From Octopus vulgaris (taxonomy: Eukaryota): a stretch of DNA of 64,000 nucleotides. A program made the translations under genes and the position numbers. The notes under the pieces were generated by a model. It did no database searches. It was not told the DNA's origin and saw only the letters and a program-made list of their open reading frames with translations. Shown here piece after piece: positions 55,301-64,000 of the stretch (position 1 is its first letter; the number at the start of each line of letters is the position of its first letter). The stretch spans positions 35,340,001-35,404,000 of the forward strand of contig OX597837.1 of NCBI GenBank assembly GCA_951406725.2, given 5' to 3'.

Positions 55301-55693
55301 GGCACAGGAGTAGCTTGCTTACCAACCACATGGTTCGGGGTTCAGTCCCACTGTGTGGCACCATGGGCAAGTGTCTTCTACTATAGCCTCGGGCCGACCA
55401 AAGCCTTGTGAGTGGATTTGGTAGACGGAAACTGAAAGAAGCCCGTCGTATATATGTATATATATGGATATGCGTGTGTGTGTTTGTGTGTCTGTGTTTG
55501 TCCCCCTAGCATTGCTTGACAACCGATGCTGGTGTGTTTATGTCCCCGTAGCTTAGCGGTTCGGCAAAAGAGACCGATAGAATAAGTACTGGGCTTACAA
55601 AAGAATAAGTCCCGGGGTCGATTTGCTCGACTAAAGGCGGTGCTCCAGCATGGCCGCAGTCAAATGACTGAAACAAGTAAAAGAGTAAAAGAG
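55301..55693 (+). mobile_element. SINE family A, near full-length
   Basis: Ends GGCGGTGCTCCAGCATGGCCGCAGTCAAATGACTGAAACAAGTAAAAGAGTAAAAGAG. Confidence 0.9.
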
Positions 55694-56841
55694 ATATGTA
55701 CCAAGTGCATGTTAAACCATTGTGTATATATTCTGACCGTTCGTTCAAGATGTATCTTTATAGCTTTGTCGTTGTAACACTTTCGGCTTGAATAAACCAT
55801 TTCACTTAATCCCCCGTTTCCTCGTTCTTCCCTTATCTATCCACGCAGCCTCACTCAAACCAGCGTTATCCATCAGTGCAACCAGCACCGTTAAAATGGC
55901 TTTAAAAACAAACAAAAAAACATTACCAAACTTATTTTTAAAATAGCTAGACAACTTGTGTTGTTTTGTTTACGACTTCGTAACGTAGAGGTTCGGCAAA
56001 ACGAACCAACAGAATAAATACCAGGCTTTAACAAAAAGTAGTGGGATTGATTAATTCGACTAAACCCTTCGAGGCAGGTGCCCCAGCAAGGCCGCAGTCC
56101 AATGACTTGAAAGACGTAAAATATAGAAAAGGAAAAAAAAACAAAAAAAAAACAGCTTTTCAAATTCGTCCCAATATTTGTGGTTTTCACACCTTTTTTT
56201 TTGTTGTTTTTTCAAAAATTATTTCAGGATCCCATGTTTTAAAAATGTGATGATTACAATTCTGGGAACAGAAAAGGCTTGTTTCGAAATTTCAATGTCG
56301 ATTGCTTTGGATATTCTTCCACTTCCTGATCATAAACCGAAAAAATACCCAAAATAATAATCTTTACAAAACAGACAGGACTCCATAGAAACGGGCTGGA
56401 ATTCCCTCCTCCAATGTTATTTTAGTTGAAAATGCATGGAGAATAATTAAAATACTTATTATATTTAAAACATATAAAATTCATTTAAAATACAATATAA
56501 AAATTTTTATAAAATAAAAAATATTTTAACTATTATCTGTGCACTTTCAACTTATATATATATGTGTGTGTGTGTGTATATATATATGGGTGTGTAAGTA
56601 TGTATGTTTGTATTATGTATATAATTGAAAACCAAGAGGTGAGTGGAGATTTATACACATCCAAAACTACAGCATATAAACTATTTTATGAGATAAATCA
56701 GTATCCACCAGGATATATTTATCCCCTTTAAACATTTTTTTAATACACACACAACTATATATATATATATATAGTACCATATAGTATATATTTTAACTAT
56801 TATCTACCATATATATACCATAGTACCATATATATATATAT

Positions 56842-56976
56842 TAGGTTGTCCCAAAAGTTCGTAAACACTTGCGAAAATTGAACTTTTACTCGCCAAGTAC
56901 TAACAAAAACAACAAAAATTATTCCTCAAAATAAAGACCATTATTTTCCAAGACTTTCTACGAACTTTTGGGACAA

Positions 56977-56980
<4 letters not shown>
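56842..56980. mobile_element. 139-bp mariner-type MITE
   Basis: Perfect 22-bp TIR TAGGTTGTCCCAAAAGTTCGTA inside a TA tract. Confidence 0.9.
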
Positions 56981-57012
<32 letters not shown>

Positions 57013-57109
57013 TATACCATAGTACTATATATCTCTCTCTCTATATATATATATATACACCATAGTACTATATATATATAATATTATATTATAATCTTAA
57101 ATCTTTTAC

Positions 57110-57400
57110 CCTGAAGCGATATTCTTTGTGGTCCTTGTCGGTGGGTCTTCTGGCATAAGGAATGCCAAGAAAGACGTTCACTCGTCTGTCTTTGAGAAGC
57201 GTGTTATGAACAGGTATAGAGAAACCTTCAACAGTTCCGTAGGTGGTGTGGGTCATGACGTGACGCTTGTCCAATTCATATCTACCATATGGTTCATTGC
57301 ATTTCACAATTTCAGCCCAACAACTCGATGGACACCAAGAGAAGACGAGAATATGTAAGAGGATCCAGTCAAGAATTATATGCCATCTTTTGTGGCCCAT
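57110..57400 (-). CDS. Neuroligin-like non-catalytic carboxylesterase-fold membrane protein, coding exon 1 (signal peptide + start of COesterase domain)
   Basis: ATG at 57400. MGHKRWHIILDWILLHILVFSWCPSSCWA looks like a signal peptide. TTYGTVEG..VNVFLGIPYA..YRFR is the type-B carboxylesterase N-terminus. Donor AGG|GTAAAA, phase 0. An acceptor TTTTAACCAG at 57450 suggests an upstream UTR exon. Confidence 0.9.
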
Positions 57401-59570
57401 TTTTCCTCGTTCTCTGGTCGCGGCTTAGTTTGGGAGTGTCTTTTCTTTCCTGGTTAAAAGTTTCAAAGGTGTTGACGGAAATTAATTAAAAATTAAAGGT
57501 AATGGCGATAATTATGATGGGGGGAACGGGGTCGGGAGACAACTTGTTGGTGTAGCTGGTGACCTATTCCGGTTGTTTTGTTTAGTTTTAAAAGTTGGCA
57601 AATTACAGGTGAAACACTTCAACTGAACTCGCGACGCCATTGACAGGTAAGTCAGTTGGTCACGTGGCTTACGCTTCTTTCTCTTTTCTCCCACCACCAC
57701 TTTCCACAGGTGGCAGGTTTGTACAGGCGGTCATTCAAGCCTCTAAAAATAGCAGCTAAACCCCACTCAAATCACACCCACCGTCTTAAATAATTAACAA
57801 AAGTATGAAGGATATTGTAGATTATACAGTCCAAAATAACTTGCTGGAAAACTGGACGGGCACAGCTGGAATGTCTTTGATCATAGATCTTCTCGATCTA
57901 TTTCACCAAAGTTAAGCAATAATTGTATTTTATCTGCCAATATCGGTCGCAATGAGACAGACAGCACTGCCAGCACACTTAAATTATTAAGAGTTATTTG
58001 GGAGGAAGGGATCATATTAATTACATTGACCCTTGTGCTTGACTGGTACCTTATCTGATCAGCCCTAAAATAAACGACAGACAATGTTGACATCAGCAAG
58101 ATTTGAACTCTGGCTGCGAAGAGCCAAAAGAAATACTACCAAGCATTTTGTCAGACAGGCTAATGATTCTGCTAGTTCACTTTCAGACCATTAATAATTC
58201 ATTCTACCATAGGGACCAGGCCTGAAATTTTGTCGCAGAGGTTAGCTACCCTGCTGATGTGAGTCACCATCATCATCATCATCGTCATTTAGCGTCCGCT
58301 TTCCATGCTAGTATGAGTTGGACGATTTGACAGGAGGACTGGCGAACCAGATGGCTGCACCAGGCTCCAGTCTGATCTGGCAGAGTTTCTACAGCTGGAT
58401 ACCCTTCCTAATGCCAACCACTCCGGGAGTGTAGTGATTATCTCTTTGAAAATCAATGAGAAAGTGGGTAACTACAAACAGCTTCTTTGAAACCTCCAGC
58501 TTCCATGTCTAAATAATAAATTCACATTTATACCGATAGTGATTATGAGTGTAGGATTTTGTTATCTATCTACGTGTGATATCTGCACTTGTAGGGTGCT
58601 TCACACATTTTCCCTACAATGTTGTAGAAAGGAATAAAACGGCAGGAACACGAATAGCTGAACAAATAACAATAATAGTTTATTATTATCACCGAAGGAA
58701 ATACTTCATCGCTGGACTTCGGTAGCGTGAATGCCAGGGTTAGGAAAACAGGAGAGTCGGATTAAATCCCCATGGTTAAAACAGTCTTCATCACCCGCTG
58801 AGTCTGGTTCGCCCTTTGCTCGAAGCCTTGTCGGGACACGTCTTAATACAACGACCGCCAAGAGGCTTGGAATAGCGGGAAAAGCTAACTGCTCCTGATT
58901 TCTGCGCATGCATATCAGGGGACTTCCGACATCCCAAAATGGCATCTAAAACCTGGCTTCACTACATGAGTATCTGCATGATCTAGGGTTTTCGGAAAAA
59001 GAAGTCAACTATCTAATTTGCACATTACAAATACATTCTGTAAGTGGAACAGTAAAAAGTTTAAAATGTGAATTTGTTTTTGTTTTCTAAATTCCAGTAA
59101 TGGAGCTTTGTATATTTGTGAGAAACCAGCAGCTTTACAGGGAAACTTCAACTAATTAAAAGCAGAAGAGAATATACAAATTAACACTGCAACAGAACTT
59201 TTCCCATAATAGAACAATGGTTTTTCTCTGACGGCAGTTTTACATTTTCCAGATGCCTTTAGCTAGACCGAAATAATGTCTTCACCACTTGACTCTTTCT
59301 AACCCCTTCTACTTCACCAAAAGCTAGAATAGAGTTAACAAGACCACCAACTAAATCTATTGTTCTCAATGATATGTCTATCCTTCTGGATAGTTATAAA
59401 AGCAAGAACACCCCAATCAAAAATCAAGTAGTCACTGGGCAACAACCAAGCGAGGTGGCTCGTGATGACTCAATTAATTAGGGAATGGACTGCTATAATC
59501 ATGATCACAAGGAATGCAGCTACTAAAGACAATGGTCAGTGAGAGAATTGAAATTTACTGTCAGCAACTG

Positions 59571-59990
59571 TGAGACAACGTCTCACAACCCTACAACTTT
59601 CACTAGCTCTAATTCTGTTCTCTTACATCTTTCTTTCTCTCTCTCTCTAAATTACTACTAAACAATGAAGAGAACACAAACACAAACTTAACTTCACATG
59701 CTTTTGGATTTATCATAACCTGCCCATCGAGGCAAGGTATTGTAACTTAACCGTAAATAAATACTTTCTTAAAACTTCATGCATTGTTCATCTTTCACAT
59801 CCTACAGTATGCAATTATAACAACAAATTTTTATCGTCACAACTGCTGACTCCAACATTTCATAATATTGTTTACTAATCAATCTTACCCGTTACAATTG
59901 GTAATTAAACTAATCAATCTCAACCGTTACAGTTGGTGACCCTCGACTTCAACCAAAAACTTTATCGTTACAAATACATATCGTTACACA
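59571..59990 (+). mobile_element. Possible Gypsy-like LTR relic with a PBS-like site
   Basis: TG start, AATAAA at ~59756 and CGTTACA-GTTGGTGACCCTCGA at ~59926. No gag or pol found. Confidence 0.3.
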
Positions 59991-61624
59991 TACATACATA
60001 AATACTATTATAGCACTGATATTTTTGCAAAAGGGTAAATGACAGAGTATACCAAGTTAAGGAGATAAATGACAGATAGTTTGTGTTGTAGAAGAATTCT
60101 GACCACCCACCAAGTGACTAAAAGTGGACTGACACATTGCTATAAAATCAAGAACTGCGAGCAGTTGGGGAAGCAGTTCACTGTGAGCCGTTAGTAGAGA
60201 GTGTTTAACCTTGTGTAACAGTAATGCCATTGTGTCATGTGAGTATTTTCTTACCCCATGCTTTATCAAATTATTTATCCAACACCAGGATGTAGCAGTT
60301 TGGGAATTTCTGTTAGTAGCATCCTCAATATGGAGGCGAATTACTGGGTGCTCACGCTAAATTCGACACCTTGCATAGAAGGAAAAGGAAACAGAATATC
60401 CCATCCAAAAACAAAAGTTGTTGGCATCCTTTCGTCTCGGGAGACAATGGAGTTGGGCATAAAATCAGTTTTGCGCAGGCCTGGGCTAGATGTAAGAAAA
60501 TCCTGGGTAGCCCAATCGTCAGGATTCCTCTCTCGCCCTTGTTGACATAGTCCAAAGGAGGCACCAGCTTGGTTGCAAGGGCTGCTGGAAGAGTGTCGAG
60601 TCGAACACTAAACTGCCTGCGGGGCTCCACTCCGGATTTCTTTAAAGGTTGTCTCCGTTCCATAACCCTGGATAGGGGCCCATACCAGGTTCTGTCAGCC
60701 GGAGCCAGCTGAGCCAAGGGACTTAAAGTTATACAAAGAGTAGAGCATATTGTGGTCTAGGTGATTTACATCATCTAAACAAAAACGAATGGATAAGATC
60801 AATTACGAAATGTTTAATTTTGACGGCAACATCTAATTTCTCAACCCATATATTGAGGGTATAACTGCAGATTAGTGCTCCAGCCTCAGATTTGGTTTCC
60901 GTATAGTTTTTTAGTATCTAGATTACAATTATAGTGATTAAAAATATTTAGAAAAATTTTTTTTAAATGTTTTTCGAGGTGAGGAATTTCTTATCGTTTT
61001 CTTTCATCCTGTGTACTTGCCTTGTTACCAAATTCTATTTAGCTTTTTTACATTTTCCCCGATTTCTACGTTCGAACAATAACATTGCGTAATCCATACT
61101 CGGAAAGAGATATTTCTGCAAAATGTCATTTAAAGATATGCATTTTCAAGAGAGTTATGACGAAAAAAAAAAAAAATTCGTAAGTAGGAAAAATGATCTG
61201 AAACTCTTTTGAAAGAAAGAATTTCTGATGATATCAACATAAGTCTAATCTACACCCTTGAAAACATAGTTCTGCAAATTTTCGTTCCAAAAAGTAAATT
61301 TTTATTTAGAAAGTTATAAGGAAACGAAGCTAGTCGGGCATCACTCTGTAGTTATGCTTTATTGTCTATGGGAGTCAGGTTATGGTACTCCAGGAATTCA
61401 CTAGGAAAAAAGGATGGATATATTTCGAGGTTCCCCAATAAGGAGACAAAAAGCATCAAGCAATACGGTAAATTAACAGAATCAGCACGGAATCAGTGAA
61501 AAAATTATGCAGTAATTACTGCCCTTTACTTTAAAAATTCAAATCGCGTTGGCACGAACTTTGCCTTTCATCCTTTCAAGGTTGATAGATTAAAGTAGCA
61601 ACCAAGTATTCGTCGATTTATTAA

Positions 61625-62013
61625 GGAGGCGCAATGGCCCAGTGGTTAGGGCAGCGGACTCGCGGTCGTAGTATTGCGGTTTCGATTCCCAGACCGAGCG
61701 TTGTGAGTGTTTATTGAGCGAAAACACCTAAAGTTCCACGAGGCTCCGGCAGGGGATGGTGGTGATCCCTGCTGTACTCTTTCACCACAACTTTCTCTCA
61801 CTCTTACTTCCTGTTTCTGTTGTACCTGTATTTCAAAGGACCGGCCTTGTCACTCTCTGTGTCACGCTGAATATCCCCGAGAACTACGTTAAGGGTACAC
61901 GTGTCTGTGGAGTGCTCAGCCACTTACACGTTAATTTCACGAGCAGGCTGTTCTGTTGATTCGGATCAACCGGAACCCTCGTCGTCGTAACCGACGGAGT
62001 GCTTCCATCCCAT
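61625..62013 (+). mobile_element. SINE family C, full-length
   Basis: Near-identical to the reverse complement of 27100-27481. Confidence 0.92.
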
Positions 62014-62759
62014 ATATTCTTGATATTATAAAAGATCTCTTTTCTCCGTAGGATTTCATGAAGGAAGTACCTGAAGACTCAATCGCCACGACCCTTCCGT
62101 GAAAAGAGGGCGGCGAAAATGGGTGGCTGAATGGGTATTATAAAAGATTGGGGAGCTTATTTTCGGGAAAACAGTAATAATGTAATGTCATTTCTGATTT
62201 AGGCGCAAGTCCTGTAGTTTTGAAGGCAGGAATTAGCCGATACAATGAATTCCAGTACTTGTCTGGTACTTTTATTATTATTGTTGTGGTTGTCGTCCGT
62301 CCCCGCAAAGGGACGAAACACTGGCGTGGATCCGCGCGGAATTTGAACTCACAATGTAATGTCGTTTCTGTAATAATTGTTTCTAACTTGAGTACAAGGC
62401 CAGTAATTTTGAGTGAAGATGGTTAGTCGGTGACTGGTAATAAAGTCGCAATTTTGGCTAGGAAAAAAAAAAACACAATTTATGGGGTCCGGACAAAACA
62501 CCCTTGGATTAACCCCCCACCCCAGGACAAAACTCCTGTGATTTTATTCCCCGTGATATTATTTTTTTACCTGGATTCGGTTAGTTGAGAGTATGGACTT
62601 CCAATATTTAATTGGTACTTTATTTAATCAACCCTGGGAGTAAGAAATGATAAGTTGATCTACGCGGGATTTGAACTTGGAATGTAATGTTATTTGAGTA
62701 ACAATGTAATTGATGTTTTTGTGGGGTTTTTTTTAATAATAAAAAATACAACAGTTATA

Positions 62760-63215
62760 TTTCTTTATTGCCCACAAGGGGCTAAACATAGACGAGACAG
62801 ACAAAGGGATTAAGTCAATTACATAGACTCCAGTGCGTAACTGGTACTTAATTTATCGATCCCGAAAGGATGAAAGGCAAAGTCAACCTCGGTGGAATTT
62901 GAACTCAAAACGTAACGGCAGACGAAATGCGGCTACGCATTTCGCCCGGCGTGCTAACGTTTTGGTGATATCCGTTTGACAAAGGCGGCGAGCTGGCAGA
63001 AGCGTTAGCGCACCGGGCGAAATGCGTAACCGTATTTCGTCTACCGTTACGTTCTGAGTTCAAATTCCGCCGAGGTCGACTTTGCCTTTCATCCTTTCGG
63101 GGTCGATTAAATAAGTACCAATTACGCACTGGGGGTCGATATAATCGACTTAATCCGTTTGTCTGTCCTTGTTTATCCTCTCTGTGTATAGCTCCTTGTG
63201 GGTAGTAAAGAAATA
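62760..63215. mobile_element. Head-to-head pair of family B SINEs (62760-62960 minus, 62984-63215 plus)
   Basis: Inverted homology; the second copy is flanked by the TSD GAT(A/G)TCCGTTTGACA at 62967 and 63216. Confidence 0.88.
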
Positions 63216-64000
63216 GATGTCCGTTTGACATGCAATAACGAAAGTTTATATACACTCAAAATCATTAACTCAGTTAAAATATTTATTAGTGTATAATTGT
63301 AATTCCGGTGATTATGAATTGGAAAATCTTTGCTTTTATGGTCTTAAATTGAAATTGGTTTTTTCACCGCGCTTTTACGGCCCAAAACTTAAATATATTC
63401 CAAAGATGGAGGTCAATGCGCGAAAATTACTATTGCTGAGAGGACAAGATACTAGGCATTGCTACTATACACCGAGACAATTGAACAGTTTTCAATTTAG
63501 TTGATGTTCTCGACCATGTCATAGCTCCAGGCCCACATTACTGGGTGTTGAGAAGTGTTGAACTCAGAACGAAAATGGCCTAAGACTTGCAAAGTATTAC
63601 CACCATTGATTGAAAAGGTTTGTTACACCTGGAACTTTCATTTTTTCCCCCCCGGTGGCTGACATGTCTATGATAACGTCCAACATATTTAACATGGAGT
63701 TAAATAACTCGTGCAGTTCTAACAAAATCCATTCCGAAAACTTTGTACGACCCGATGATCTTGAAGTTCACGCGCAATCAATGGGATCCAGATAAGAAAA
63801 GGGACCAAAAAGAAGGTGATAAGTGCAATGGGGGCACATCATAGACTCTGTCTGAAAGATTCCTGTCCGAGTTTTGGGCACGCCAATATTCAACAGCTGC
63901 CAATCTATTTGGCAAAACTCGTTTAATTACTCTTTTACTTGTTTCAGTCATCTGACTGCGGCCATGCTGGAGCACCTCCTTTAGTCGAGCAAATCGACCC

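Noticed and set aside
57640-57655. Strong plus-strand donor CAG|GTAAGT as evidence of a divergent gene
   Set aside because: I found no supporting ORF or downstream exon; a single site is not enough.
60352-60717. 121-aa ORF as a host exon
   Set aside because: No recognisable domain or exon boundaries; it looks more like a retroelement 5' region, but I could not assign it.
61625-61700. tRNA gene (and similar heads at 19043, 27481, 43982 and 51431)
   Set aside because: A/B boxes are present, but each runs into a multi-copy SINE body and I could not fold a clean cloverleaf.

Overview
This is animal genomic DNA: AT-rich, rich in microsatellites and SINEs, with a repeat landscape that suggests an octopus or other coleoid (inference). 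The left 28 kb is almost all transposon sequence. It holds a mariner with a DD41D element nested inside it, a 100-N gap and a 3.2-kb (TA)n array. Next come two related CR1-group LINEs lying tail-to-tail in TA arrays, one with an intact 1034-codon EN+RT ORF, then the 5' part of a Helitron whose RepHel gene appears to carry an intron, and a second DD41D relic interrupted by a mariner and a SINE. The right half holds one minus-strand host gene (57400->32542, 11 coding exons, about 661 aa) that I traced exon by exon. It encodes a neuroligin-like carboxylesterase-fold type I membrane protein with the catalytic Ser replaced by Asp (GHDAG), a 9-residue cytoplasmic tail and a 1-nt frameshift in exon 5. 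The most interesting signals are: (1) two copies of a repeat carrying a minimal type I hammerhead ribozyme with a U3-A8 core; (2) a LINE-SINE partnership shown by a covarying 3' stem-loop; (3) a candidate 51-nt cassette exon at the neuroligin splice-site-A position; (4) the Helitron intron. All coordinates were read by hand and no database search was run.
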